From Caulobacter sp. UNC279MFTsu5.1 (GTDB lineage: Bacteria > Bacteroidota > Bacteroidia > Chitinophagales > Chitinophagaceae), in contig CALRMK020000002.1 in assembly GCA_943369185.1 (NCBI GenBank), positions 501,368 to 565,367 of the forward strand: a stretch of DNA of 64,000 nucleotides. The letters run 5' to 3'. The stretch's first letter is position 1. Each line of letters starts with the position of its first letter. The position numbers and the translations under genes are program-made. Positions 1 through 9,854 of the stretch are shown in pieces. The notes below the pieces were generated by a model. The model was given only the letters and a program-made list of their open reading frames with translations. It was not told the DNA's origin and searched no databases.

Positions 1-2194
1 TAATGATCTGCGGCATACCTGTAACCGGCTCAATGAACAAACTCTGGCTTCCCTGTACGGTATTAACAATTTTGCCCAGTTGTGCCGCATAGCGCGCCAG
101 TGTATCCAGGTTCTCGCCAAAGATCTTACAAACCACATCCTGTCTGGCGCCCGTCATCAGTTCATTAAATCGCATCTGAACCGGGAACTGAAAACCGGTA
201 GTAATACCTGGAACCTCTTCTAAGGCTACCGACATTTTTTCTGATAATTCTTTGAATGTTTTGGCTGAGGTCCATGCCGATTTGTCTTTTAAGATCACCA
301 TCAGATCACTGGCTTCCATCGGCATCGGATCTGTGGGTATTTCGCCACTACCGATTTTGGTAACCACTTTCTCTACTTCAGGGAATCGGCTTTTTAAGAT
401 ATGAGCAGCTTTTTGTGTACTCTCAATAGTGGTAGTAAGATTACTTCCGGTAAGTACCCTTGTTTCTACGGCAAAATCACCCTCCTCCAGCGCCGGAATG
501 AATTCGCCACCCAGTGTGGTAAGGGTATATACGGCTAACACAAACAGCGCAACCACCGTAGTTAAAACGATTTTTGGAAACTGCAGGATCCTGGCCAGTG
601 CATGCTGGTAAATCCGTTCTACCCTGAACATAAGTCTGTCTGAAATATTGGGCTGGTGTTTTACTTTTTTGCTCAGCATCAGTGCGCTCATCATCGGGAT
701 ATAGGTCAGCGACAGAATAAAGGCACCAAAGAGCGCAAACGCAACGGTTTGTGCCATCGGCTTGAACATCTTGCCTTCAATACCCTGTAACGTGAAGATG
801 GGGAGGTAAACGATCAGGATGATGATCTGCCCAAATACCGCACTGTTCATCATCTTTCCCGCCGATTGGTTTACCTGTTCATCCATTTCTTTTTGCGAGA
901 GGTGGGTGATATGGGCAAATTTTTTACTGTGCGTTAACTGGTGCATCACTGCTTCTACAATGATGACCGCACCGTCTACGATCAGTCCGAAGTCGAGTGC
1001 TCCCAGACTCATCAGGTTGCCACTTACACCAAACATATTCATGAGAATGACAGCCACCAGCATCGACAGCGGGATCACGGAAGCCACCAATAAGCCCGCA
1101 CGGAAGTTGCCCAGGAAGAGTACCAGAATGAACACTACGATCAGTGCCCCTTCCATCAGGTTTTTAGTAACGGTACCAATGGCATTGTTCACCATTTTGG
1201 TACGATCAAGAAAAGGTTCTATTACCACACCCTTTGGCATGGTTTTCTGGATCTGGGCAATTCTGGTTTTTACGTTTTTGATCACTTCACTGCTGTTGGC
1301 GCCTTTCAGCATCATCACCACCGCGCCGGAAACTTCCCCCTTATCGTTATAACACATGGCGCCATAACGGGTAGCATAACCTGTTTTGATCTCTGCAATA
1401 TCCCGGAGAAAAAGCGGGGTGCCGTTCGAAGTGGATTTGATGGAAATATTACCCAGGTCTTCCGGGTTTCCGATCAATCCCTCACTGCGGATAAAAAGTA
1501 CCGTGGCACCTTTCTCAATATACGCACCCCCGGTATTCTGGTTATTCTTTTCCAGTGCCGTAAATACATCGCGGATATTGAGTTGATAGGATTGGAGTTT
1601 GTTGGGATTTACCGCAATTTCATATTGCTTCAGTTTGCCGCCAAAGCTGCTTACTTCTGCCACGCCTTTTACCCCCAATAACTGGCGCCGCACGATCCAG
1701 TCCTGAATGGTTCTTAACTGCGTGGCGTCATATTTGGTTTCGTAGCCATCTTCCGGCCTCACCACATATTGATAAATCTCTCCCAGACCGGTGCTGATAG
1801 GCCCCAGTTCCGGTGTGCCGATACCGGGCGGAATCTGTCCCTGTATCTTCTGCAGTCTTTCTGCCACCTGCTGTCTTGCCCAGTAGATATCGGTTGCATC
1901 ATTAAAAACAATGGTAACCAGTGAAAGTCCGAAGCGGGAAAAACTCCGGATCTCCAGCATACCACTGATATTGCTGTTGGCCTGTTCAATCGGAAAAGTA
2001 ACCAGTCGCTCTATATCGGTAGCACCAAAAGAGGGGGCCACCGTAATCACCTGTACCTGGTTATTGGTGATATCGGGAACCGCATCAATGGGCAGTTTGG
2101 TGGTTTCGTAAATACCGAACCCGACGAGGGTAAGTACAAACAGCCCGATGATGAGTTTATTGCGAATCGAAAAGTTGATAATATTTGTCAGCAT
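1..2194 (-). CDS. czcA: CusA/CzcA family heavy-metal efflux RND transporter (N-terminal part; runs off the window)
   Basis: Manual translation from ATG at 2194: MLTNIINFSIRNKLIIGLFV...LPIDAVPDITNNQVQV...ERLVTFPIE...SRFGLSLVT; later GGKLKQYEI and GNLMSLGALDFGLIVDGAVII, typical of the CzcA/CusA family. Not in the ORF track because there is no stop codon inside the window. Confidence 0.95.
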   Translation of the reverse strand, partial: MLTNIINFSIRNKLIIGLFVLTLVGFGIYETTKLPIDAVPDITNNQVQVITVAPSFGATDIERLVTFPIEQANSNISGMLEIRSFSRFGLSLVTIVFNDATDIYWARQQVAERLQKIQGQIPPGIGTPELGPISTGLGEIYQYVVRPEDGYETKYDATQLRTIQDWIVRRQLLGVKGVAEVSSFGGKLKQYEIAVNPNKLQSYQLNIRDVFTALEKNNQNTGGAYIEKGATVLFIRSEGLIGNPEDLGNISIKSTSNGTPLFLRDIAEIKTGYATRYGAMCYNDKGEVSGAVVMMLKGANSSEVIKNVKTRIAQIQKTMPKGVVIEPFLDRTKMVNNAIGTVTKNLMEGALIVVFILVLFLGNFRAGLLVASVIPLSMLVAVILMNMFGVSGNLMSLGALDFGLIVDGAVIIVEAVMHQLTHSKKFAHITHLSQKEMDEQVNQSAGKMMNSAVFGQIIILIVYLPIFTLQGIEGKMFKPMAQTVAFALFGAFILSLTYIPMMSALMLSKKVKHQPNISDRLMFRVERIYQHALARILQFPKIVLTTVVALFVLAVYTLTTLGGEFIPALEEGDFAVETRVLTGSNLTTTIESTQKAAHILKSRFPEVEKVVTKIGSGEIPTDPMPMEASDLMVILKDKSAWTSAKTFKELSEKMSVALEEVPGITTGFQFPVQMRFNELMTGARQDVVCKIFGENLDTLARYAAQLGKIVNTVQGSQSLFIEPVTGMPQII

Positions 2195-2285
2195 ATTGCT
2201 TGTAGATCATTGATTGGTTAGATGAATTGCATACAAGGTATTGCCAACACGGATTGTGTTAACAGCATACCTATACCAGTAGTGA

Positions 2286-2672
2286 TCAACAGGTTTTGGG
2301 CGGTTGCCAGATGGCAGACATGAATGAAGAACCCCGGAATGCCTCATCTAACAAAGGGTAATTGTTGGATTGACTGGTTACGGGCTTATGGATTTCGGTT
2401 GAGAAATTGTGCGGAACAAAGGCTGCAATCGTGGCATTGGTGCAACCGTCATGCGTTTTGAAGGGCAGTTTCATATCTTTCGCATAATCGGAATCCTTGT
2501 CTGCAGTAGGTGTGTAATGAATACAGAGGAATTGCCAGAGCGTCAGATCGCTTTTTTCCCGTTTGTGTTCTATAAAATGTTCTATCAGCAAGGGTAGTTT
2601 TACCAATTGGTACATTTCTGTTGTAGAAAACAGGTAAATAGAAAGGAACGATATAGCGATCAGTCTTTTCAA
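2286..2672 (-). CDS. Small His-containing hypothetical protein upstream of czcA
   Basis: ORF 2286..2708, probable TTG start at 2672 (LKRLIAI...) just after a TATCTTTA -7-like box; N-terminal hydrophobic segment; EHFIEH, CIHY and KLPFKTHD motifs; co-directional with czcA. Confidence 0.7.
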   Translation of the reverse strand: MKRLIAISFLSIYLFSTTEMYQLVKLPLLIEHFIEHKREKSDLTLWQFLCIHYTPTADKDSDYAKDMKLPFKTHDGCTNATIAAFVPHNFSTEIHKPVTSQSNNYPLLDEAFRGSSFMSAIWQPPKTC

Positions 2673-2805
2673 GGTCGTAAAGATACTGAAAACTCCCCAT
2701 CTAAGCAACCAGCCTGCCGATACAGGAGGGGGATTTGCCGGTTATCAAATCGCTGAAAGCAGATTTGTATGGTAAATAGAGATATCCGAAATTAGAAGCC
2801 AGACC

Positions 2806-3330
2806 ATGATACAATTCACTGCTACCATACAGCAATTTGCCGAACAGGGTGAGAAAACAGGCTGGACCTATGTGGAAGTACCGGCAGATCTGGCGGAGCA
2901 GCTACAGCCCGGTAGTAAAAAATCTTTTCGGGTAAAGGGAAAACTGGACGGGTATGCGATTACAGGGGTGGCATTGATCCCGATGGGAGCTGGGGCCTAT
3001 ATTCTGCCACTGAATGCGGCCATGCGTAAAGCTTTGCAGAAAAAGAAAGGAGCGATGCTGAACCTACGCCTTTCAGTTGATAAACAACCCCTGGCAGTAC
3101 CCCCGGCTTTACTGGATTGTCTGGCAGATGAACCGGAAGCCAGGGATTTTTTTGAGCAGCTCAAACCCTCACACCGCAACTATTTTATTAAATGGATAGG
3201 AGGGGTTAGTTCAGAAGCGGCCGTAGCCAAACGGATTGCCCAGGTAGTAACTGCCATGCTACGTAAGCAGGATTTTGTAACCATGGTGCGCAGCCAGAAA
3301 GCCGAAAAAGCCCAATGGGAAGGCCGTTGA
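2806..3330 (+). CDS. DUF1905 + YdeI/OmpD-associated domain protein
   Basis: GWTYVEVP...RVKGKLDG...LPLNAAMRKAL then VPPALLDCL...FFEQLKPSHRNYFIKWI...KRIAQ. Confidence 0.85.
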   Translation: MIQFTATIQQFAEQGEKTGWTYVEVPADLAEQLQPGSKKSFRVKGKLDGYAITGVALIPMGAGAYILPLNAAMRKALQKKKGAMLNLRLSVDKQPLAVPPALLDCLADEPEARDFFEQLKPSHRNYFIKWIGGVSSEAAVAKRIAQVVTAMLRKQDFVTMVRSQKAEKAQWEGR

Positions 3331-3406
3331 TACAGACTGCTTCCGCTTATCCTTTTCATTTGTCGATCCCTTCGAATAGTCGTAACTTATCTGTCAGTTT
3401 ATTGCC

Positions 3407-4090
3407 ATGAAAACCCTTTGTGTATTTACCTGTCTTGTGCTGCCGCTTTTTTCAGTGGCCCAGGTGAATATGAGTACTCCCGGAACTGAGATCAAAGATA
3501 TCTACGATGTTAGTGGTCGTCCACTTGTAACACTGAATAATACCCCGGTGGTGGGTAGTCCCTTGTTTGCAGACAGTTGGACAAAAGGTACGGTCACATT
3601 TACCAATGGCCGCTATATCACGAATGCGATGCTTCGTTTTAATGTGTACAGTAATGAACTGGCCTATAAAGTGGGGGATATGGTCTTTACTTTTCTGGAT
3701 CAGGTACGATCGTTCCAGCTAATTAATGATGATACTGCCAACCCCTACACAGTTCAGTTCCGCAATGGATATCCCTCTACTGGTAAGATCGGGTCAACTG
3801 TTTTTTATGAAGTAGTGGCCACCGGCGGACGCTACCAGTTATTAAAGCATCATTTTAAGGTGCTGAAGGATTATTACGAATATGGTTCTGCTCCCACCAA
3901 AGCCTACCGTGATGGATCTGCTTTATGGATCTATGATGATAAAACCCAACAGATGACACCCTTGCGAAATACCCATGAGCTGGCTGCCGCTGTGCCCGAG
4001 CTGGGAGGGCTGTTGTCGCAGAAATCGGTGCAGCGGTCCGGACCAGCAATGGAAAAGCTGGTGGCGGCGGTGATCAATCGGCTGCAATAA
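3407..4090 (+). CDS. Secreted hypothetical protein
   Basis: 227-aa ORF with an N-terminal signal peptide (MKTLCVFTCLVLPLFSVAQ) and a GSPLF..W.KG.V motif. Confidence 0.75.
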   Translation: MKTLCVFTCLVLPLFSVAQVNMSTPGTEIKDIYDVSGRPLVTLNNTPVVGSPLFADSWTKGTVTFTNGRYITNAMLRFNVYSNELAYKVGDMVFTFLDQVRSFQLINDDTANPYTVQFRNGYPSTGKIGSTVFYEVVATGGRYQLLKHHFKVLKDYYEYGSAPTKAYRDGSALWIYDDKTQQMTPLRNTHELAAAVPELGGLLSQKSVQRSGPAMEKLVAAVINRLQ

Positions 4091-4125
4091 GCCGTTTATC
4101 ATTTTATTGAAAAGAAAATCTCCCC

Positions 4126-4149
4126 AAAACTTACTAGTTAGTAAGTTTT
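4126..4149. promoter_or_regulatory. Inverted repeat, candidate TetR operator 1
   Basis: AAAACTTACTA-GT-TAGTAAGTTTT, a perfect 11-2-11 palindrome 15 nt upstream of the tetR start. Confidence 0.75.
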
Positions 4150-4164
4150 TAGTATTTTCAACCT

Positions 4165-4737
4165 GTGGCTCCCAGAAATAGCGATACCAAACAGGAAATA
4201 CTGCGGATCGGAATGGATCTGATTAAACGGTATGGTTATAATGCATTCAGCTATGCGGATATTTCGAAAAAACTGGACATGAAAAATGCAGCCGTGCATT
4301 ATCATTTCAGGGGCAAGGAAGATCTGCTGGCCGGGATCCTTGATCAATACCTGAACGACTATGTACTGATGGGGAAACAATTACAGGCTTCCGGCTTAAC
4401 CGCTTTGCAGAAACTGGAAAAATTTATTGAACGGTATTCGGTATTAACAGAGATAGACTGTATCTGTATCATCGGTTCTGTGGCATCCGATTTTAATACT
4501 TTGCCCGAAGCTGTGAAAATCAAAATCAAAGAATTGGTGGCCCTGGTATTACAACTGGTAGAAAAAACACTGCAGGAGGGGAAAAAGAAGGGTGAGTTCC
4601 ATTTTACCGAATCTGCCAAAACCCAGGCCTTGCTGATCATGACCAATCTGGCAGCCGGTGTACAATTATCCAGAATTACCGGAAAGCAGGACTATTCGTT
4701 TATCCGGAAAGCCATCGTTCGGCAGGTAAAAGGCTAA
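4165..4737 (+). CDS. TetR/AcrR family transcriptional regulator
   Basis: GTG start; N-terminal HTH GYNAFSYADISKKLDMKNAAVHYHFRGKEDL. Confidence 0.95.
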   Translation: MAPRNSDTKQEILRIGMDLIKRYGYNAFSYADISKKLDMKNAAVHYHFRGKEDLLAGILDQYLNDYVLMGKQLQASGLTALQKLEKFIERYSVLTEIDCICIIGSVASDFNTLPEAVKIKIKELVALVLQLVEKTLQEGKKKGEFHFTESAKTQALLIMTNLAAGVQLSRITGKQDYSFIRKAIVRQVKG

Positions 4738-4752
4738 TTTTTTTTTGACCAT

Positions 4753-4773
4753 AAAACTTACTTATTAGTAAGT
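4753..4773. promoter_or_regulatory. Inverted repeat, candidate TetR operator 2
   Basis: AAAACTTACT-TA-TTAGTAAGT matches operator 1 at 19 of 21 positions; upstream of the 4801 gene. Confidence 0.7.
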
Positions 4774-4800
4774 AATTATCAACCTTGTAAAACAAAACCT

Positions 4801-5364
4801 ATGAAAAAAATGATCGCATCACTGCTGCTGGCAGCTGTAAGCTTCAGTTACGTTGAGGCACAATCCAATCCCGAATTCCAGAAAGGAACGGTTCTCACGG
4901 CAGCCAATGAGACCCTGGACGGAAGTATCCGCGACCAGGCGGCCAAAAAAGGAACTATCCTCTTTCAGTCTGCCTCCGGCAAGAAAACCATGTATAGTCC
5001 TGCAGAAATTGCGGGATATAACCTGAATGGCAGCAACTATATTTCCTATGCCAGTGATTTTTATAAAGTGCTGGTGACCCCCGGTAAAGCAGGTTTATAC
5101 CAGCGGGTAACCGATAACAGCGGTAAAATGTTATACAATGGCGCAGAAGTGGTTACGGTAAGTACTGCAGAAGGTAAGGCAGGGGATTATTACATTCAGT
5201 TGCAGTCAGATAGTAAATGGATCCGTGTTACCCAGAAAGATTTTGAAACAACCGCCGCTGCTGCCTTTGCGAATTGTGCATCAGTAGTAACAGCCATTAG
5301 GAACAAGCAATCTGATTTTACCCAATTGGCTAAACTGGTAGAGCAGTACAATTCCTGTCAATAA
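4801..5364 (+). CDS. Secreted hypothetical protein
   Basis: 187-aa ORF with signal peptide MKKMIASLLLAAVSFSYVEAQ; followed by a terminator. Confidence 0.8.
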   Translation: MKKMIASLLLAAVSFSYVEAQSNPEFQKGTVLTAANETLDGSIRDQAAKKGTILFQSASGKKTMYSPAEIAGYNLNGSNYISYASDFYKVLVTPGKAGLYQRVTDNSGKMLYNGAEVVTVSTAEGKAGDYYIQLQSDSKWIRVTQKDFETTAAAAFANCASVVTAIRNKQSDFTQLAKLVEQYNSCQ

Positions 5365-5395
5365 GTACTCCATTTTTTTCCTATGACAACCACTA

Positions 5396-5425
5396 AAAAG
5401 GCATCCACATTTGTGGATGCCTTTT
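5396..5425. terminator. Bidirectional intrinsic terminator
   Basis: AAAAGGCATCCAC-ATTT-GTGGATGCCTTTT between convergent genes. Confidence 0.85.
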
Positions 5426-5448
5426 GTATACAATAACTTTTTACTTAT

Positions 5449-6231
5449 TTATAATTCTGAATACTCAGCCGGGTGCAGATACAGTTGTTCGTTTTTAGAA
5501 ACAGTATTCAGGTATTCGGGTATTACTTTCAGTTTTGTCCATTCCGGATCTGATCCAAAAGCTTTCCAATGCGCATCCCTGTCGGCCATATCGTTGAAAC
5601 TGGTCATATACATCAGGTTCGGCATTTTGCTGCCGGCAATTACTTCGGCATAAAAAACCGCATTGAAATTGAGTCGCTTGAACAGCGCAATTTCACCGCC
5701 TGCATTAAACATCTTTACTTTCTGGCGGTACAGTCTTTCGGTAGGGCCCTCATAACTTCTCAATTCATATACCCGATCTGTTTTGTTGCCGGATAATTGC
5801 GGGGCATTAAAAGTGGTCATCAGTGGAAACGCTTTTAATACAATATTCTCTATCCGCTTATAGGGTGGTTCATTATGGGCCGCATTCCAGTAAGCATCCC
5901 CGTCTTTCTGTAACCGGGTATCTTTTACCAGCAGATCTTCCAGAGAACTTACCTGTTCCAGGGATTTCAATGGGATGAAGAGGTAAATTCGTTTTTCAGC
6001 GGCAGTATCATTGCCGATCCAGTGAAATACCCCCACTTTACTGATACCCGCTCTGTGCAGGGCGGGCAGATAGGCATTTTTCAGGAAGGCATCTACTTTC
6101 TGCACCTGTTCATTATTGGCCAGGCGGTAGAGTTTGATTTCATAATAATCTCTTTTGGGTTCTTTTTGTGCGTTCACTGCTGTGTGGAATAAGCCAACAA
6201 ACAGTAGCAATAGACATAGCGTTTTTTTCAT
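5449..6231 (-). CDS. NIPSNAP family protein (duplicated domain, secreted)
   Basis: Signal peptide; YYEIKLY and VYELRSYEG...F..D..W..L motifs. Confidence 0.85.
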   Translation of the reverse strand: MKKTLCLLLLFVGLFHTAVNAQKEPKRDYYEIKLYRLANNEQVQKVDAFLKNAYLPALHRAGISKVGVFHWIGNDTAAEKRIYLFIPLKSLEQVSSLEDLLVKDTRLQKDGDAYWNAAHNEPPYKRIENIVLKAFPLMTTFNAPQLSGNKTDRVYELRSYEGPTERLYRQKVKMFNAGGEIALFKRLNFNAVFYAEVIAGSKMPNLMYMTSFNDMADRDAHWKAFGSDPEWTKLKVIPEYLNTVSKNEQLYLHPAEYSEL

Positions 6232-6243
6232 GGTAGTTGTATA

Positions 6244-7542
6244 TTAATCAGTATGGGATAAACGATAGATCAGTAAAGCAGCCCTTTGTATCAATAAAGG
6301 AAATTCTTTCAGGTTAATGGTCTCTCCGGGCGCATGTGCTCCCCGGCCGGATGCACCCAGTCCGTCAATATTTCCTTTCATGTATTGGGCCACATAAGAG
6401 ATATCTCCGGCACCTCTTGCTCCCGGGTCGCCGGCTTTGGTAGGGCCCAGACCCATGGCTTCGGTAATCCCGCTAACCACTTCGAGCAGTTGGTTATTAC
6501 CTGCGGTTGGCTCCATAGCGGGAATGCCGTCCTGAAACCTGATCTCCGCCTTGCTTCCGTTCAGGTTATTGGCAACGATCCTACGCATTTTTTCTCTTGC
6601 GGCTTCTTTCTGTACCTCGGTCAGAAAACGGAGATCACCTGTTACCACTGTTTCCGGTGAGATAATATTGGTTTTTCCCATGGCTTGTCCGCGGGCTTTG
6701 GATTCTTCGTATTGCATTTCAGAACCACCGAGTATCAGTCCCGGATTGAATGTGAGGTATTTTTCTGTGCTGAGTTCCTCGCGGAAACTGTTCAGGATCC
6801 GGGCTGCCTCATAAATAGCGCCATATCCGGAACCCTTACTGAATACTCCGGATGAGTGGCCGGTTTTACCGCTCACCTGCAGCTGCCATCCACTACTGCC
6901 CCTGCGTGCCGTGGCTATTGAGTTAAGGCCGTTGGCTCCTTCAAAAGCCAGTGCCAGATCACAGGTTTTAGCCCTTTCTATAAAATCTTTCCGGCTTACA
7001 CTGGTAGGTTGTCCCGATTTTTCTTCATCTCCGGTAAAATAAACGATGATCTGTGTATCATTCAATAAACCCGCCGACTGCAAGGCCTGCAGGGCAGCGA
7101 TCACTACCACATCTCCACCTTTCATGTCATTGGCCCCCTGTCCGGTAGCGGTGGAATCATTCAGGCGGGTATAGGGCGAAAAAGCCATATCCGGTTCAAA
7201 AACCGTATCAAGATGACCGATGATAAAGAGTTTTTTCCCTTTTTTCCCCTTGCGGGTAGCTACCAGGTGCCCGGCTCTCTTCAGCGAATCGGGTAAACTC
7301 ACCCATTCTGACGTAAAACCCGCTTTGGCAAATTCCCGGGCAAAAACTTCTCCCACTTTTTTAACCCCGGCAATATGCAGTGTGCCACTGTTGATATTCA
7401 CCACTTCTTCCAGCAATTTCTCTGTAGCGGGCAGGTGAAGTTGAATGTGACTGATGACTTTTTTTTCTGCGTCGGATAAAGGTTGCGAAAAAATATTCTG
7501 ACTTAGAAGCAACGCCAAAACAAAGGCTGGTATCTTACTCAT
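6244..7542 (-). CDS. M20/M25/M40 family metallopeptidase (carboxypeptidase G2-like)
   Basis: GHLDTVF, GANDMKGG, GDEEK, FEG, GAHAPGE metal-binding motifs; likely start MSKIP at 7542. Confidence 0.9.
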   Translation of the reverse strand: MSKIPAFVLALLLSQNIFSQPLSDAEKKVISHIQLHLPATEKLLEEVVNINSGTLHIAGVKKVGEVFAREFAKAGFTSEWVSLPDSLKRAGHLVATRKGKKGKKLFIIGHLDTVFEPDMAFSPYTRLNDSTATGQGANDMKGGDVVVIAALQALQSAGLLNDTQIIVYFTGDEEKSGQPTSVSRKDFIERAKTCDLALAFEGANGLNSIATARRGSSGWQLQVSGKTGHSSGVFSKGSGYGAIYEAARILNSFREELSTEKYLTFNPGLILGGSEMQYEESKARGQAMGKTNIISPETVVTGDLRFLTEVQKEAAREKMRRIVANNLNGSKAEIRFQDGIPAMEPTAGNNQLLEVVSGITEAMGLGPTKAGDPGARGAGDISYVAQYMKGNIDGLGASGRGAHAPGETINLKEFPLLIQRAALLIYRLSHTD

Positions 7543-7807
7543 GTGGCTTTTATTGAAAGCCACCAAGTTAAGTAAGAATTGCCTGCTTTACAAAACCTGT
7601 AAAGAAATAAAAAACCACTTATCCCCGGGGTTATGTTGCTGCAGCTGGTATGCATGGACACCGCTTTGTCTACTACAAAATCTGTAGACATTTATCGGCC
7701 CCGAAAGTTCTTTAACAAATTATTGAAGCAAGTCCGCACGGTTATTGTCTTTATGCGAGTAAAGCAGTCAGCGTATGGTAAAATACTACATCATCAAATC
7801 AATCACT

Positions 7808-8677
7808 ATGAAAACAAAACACATCTTTCTGGCCGCTATCTTGGCTATTACTGTCTCCTCTGTGATGACAGCCTGTAACAAAAGCACTTCTGCCGAGTCG
7901 AATGTGGCAGGTAAGGAACAATTGTCTTTATATCTGACCGATGGTCCCGGTGTATTCGACAATGTGTACATCGATATCCGTTCGGTAAAAGTGCTGGTAG
8001 ATACCAGTAAAGATACCCGCAGTCATGATAATGACGACTGGGACGGGAGAGGAGAGGATGATAAGAAAAAAGATTCTTCTTTTGTATGGGAAGATCTGGG
8101 TATCAAACCCGGTATCTATGATATCCTGAAATTCAGGAATGGTGCCGATACCATACTGGCTTCTGCAGGCATCACCAAAGGTTCTATCCGTTTGATCAAG
8201 ATCGAATTGGGAACCAATAATACATTGGTGAAAGATAGTGTTACGTATCCTGTACAACTGCCTCCCAATGATAAGAATTATGTGCTGATCAAATTAAAAG
8301 GTGGCGAGTGCGAAGAGCATGCTCCGGGTAAAAAACGCCTCTGGCTTGATTTCGATATCACACGCTCAATTGTTGAAAAAAACAATCAGTTTTTCCTGAA
8401 ACCGGTATTTCATTTCTTTGTGGTGAATAATTCAGCCATGGTGGCCGGAAAAGTTACTCCTAAAGAAGCCAAAGCGGTGATTACCCTGTTCAACCAGACG
8501 GATACTGCATACGCCCTGCCAAATCAGGAAGGTTATTTCAAAATGAGAGGACTGAAGCAAGGTAATTATTCACTGTATGTGAACGCTTCCAACGGCTACG
8601 CAGATACCACCATCAACAATATCAGCGTGAAAGCAACAGGCGAAACTTCTGTTGGCATTATCACCCTTCGTAAGTAA
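7808..8677 (+). CDS. DUF4382 domain lipoprotein with C-terminal carboxypeptidase-regulatory-like domain
   Basis: Lipobox VMTAC; LSLYLTDGP, V.IDIRSV and LDFDI..SI motifs. Confidence 0.8.
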   Translation: MKTKHIFLAAILAITVSSVMTACNKSTSAESNVAGKEQLSLYLTDGPGVFDNVYIDIRSVKVLVDTSKDTRSHDNDDWDGRGEDDKKKDSSFVWEDLGIKPGIYDILKFRNGADTILASAGITKGSIRLIKIELGTNNTLVKDSVTYPVQLPPNDKNYVLIKLKGGECEEHAPGKKRLWLDFDITRSIVEKNNQFFLKPVFHFFVVNNSAMVAGKVTPKEAKAVITLFNQTDTAYALPNQEGYFKMRGLKQGNYSLYVNASNGYADTTINNISVKATGETSVGIITLRK

Positions 8678-8693
8678 TTCATCACATTAACAG

Positions 8694-8722
8694 AAAAGGG
8701 AGCCGGGTGCTCCCTTTTTTTA
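8694..8722 (+). terminator. Intrinsic terminator
   Basis: AAAAGGGAGC-CGGGT-GCTCCCTTTT followed by a T run. Confidence 0.8.
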
Positions 8723-8749
8723 TGCGCCGGATTGTTTGTACATTTCCTT

Positions 8750-9808
8750 ATGCAAAACAATACTTTTCTGCTCTATGGTGCCAATGGGTATACCGGACAA
8801 TTAATCGCCCGTATGGCGGCAGACCATGGCTTACACCCCATTCTTGCCGGCCGTAACGAAGCGGCACTCAGCAAACTGTCGGAAGAGTTGGGATATCCCT
8901 TCCGGGTCATCGATCTGTCTGATACCAAAGCCCTTCAGGCAGCATTACTGGAAGTACCGCTTGTGTTACATGCGGCAGGACCTTTTCAGTTTACCGCCCG
9001 GAAAATGATCGAAGCCTGTCTGGTTACACATACGCACTATCTGGACATAACCGGGGAGATCGGTGTTTTTGAAATGGCCAAAAAATATCATGCCCAGGCA
9101 GCAGATATGGGTATTATGCTGATGCCTGGTGTTGGGTTTGATGTTGTCCCCACCGATTGCACGGCTTTGTATTTGAAGAATCAATTGCCTGACGCTACCC
9201 ACCTGCAGCTGGCTTTTGCTACGCTGGGTGGAAAGCTATCGCACGGCACTGCCACTACCATGGCCGAAGGACTGGGAGAGGGTGGCGCAGTAAGAGAAAA
9301 CGGAAAAATTGTACGCAAACCATTGGGGCATAAAGGGCAATGGATTGATTTTGGCGTAAAGAAAATGTTTGTGATGTGCATTCCCTGGGGAGATGTGTCT
9401 ACCGCCTATTCCACTACCGGCATCCCCAATATAGAAACCTATACCGGCGTGGCTCCCAAAACTTTCCAATTGCTGAAATGGCAGTCTCTCTATAACTGGC
9501 TGTTGCGTACTTCTTTTATCCGCAACCGCGCCAAACAACAGATCAAACAGAAGCCAGCCGGCCCTTCAGACGATATGCGCAGCAAAGCCATGAGTCTTGT
9601 TTGGGGTGAAGTGAAAAACCAGGCAGGCGAAACCCGTTCGGTTCGTATGCGTTGTCCGGAAGGGTATACCTTAACCGCCATCAGTAGCCTGCTCATCACT
9701 AAAAAGGTATTGGAGGGTAACTTCAAAACAGGATACCAGACACCCGCAGGAGCGTATGGAGCCGATCTGGTACTGGAGATCCCGGGAGTTACCAGAGAAG
9801 ATCTGTAA
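8750..9808 (+). CDS. Saccharopine dehydrogenase-like NAD(P)-binding oxidoreductase
   Basis: LLYGANGYTG, LAGRN, AAGPF, HYLDITGE, GFDVVPTD. Confidence 0.9.
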   Translation: MQNNTFLLYGANGYTGQLIARMAADHGLHPILAGRNEAALSKLSEELGYPFRVIDLSDTKALQAALLEVPLVLHAAGPFQFTARKMIEACLVTHTHYLDITGEIGVFEMAKKYHAQAADMGIMLMPGVGFDVVPTDCTALYLKNQLPDATHLQLAFATLGGKLSHGTATTMAEGLGEGGAVRENGKIVRKPLGHKGQWIDFGVKKMFVMCIPWGDVSTAYSTTGIPNIETYTGVAPKTFQLLKWQSLYNWLLRTSFIRNRAKQQIKQKPAGPSDDMRSKAMSLVWGEVKNQAGETRSVRMRCPEGYTLTAISSLLITKKVLEGNFKTGYQTPAGAYGADLVLEIPGVTREDL

Positions 9809-9854
9809 GTTTTATTAGATTTGTTCCCTTTTTCATTGTTAATATATCTGACAC

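Noticed and set aside
429-2111. Plus-strand ORFs (429, 819, 1386, 1911) and the minus ORF 1759..1989
   Set aside because: Antisense or out-of-frame shadows of czcA. The same applies to the many short ORFs overlapping confidently assigned genes across the window.
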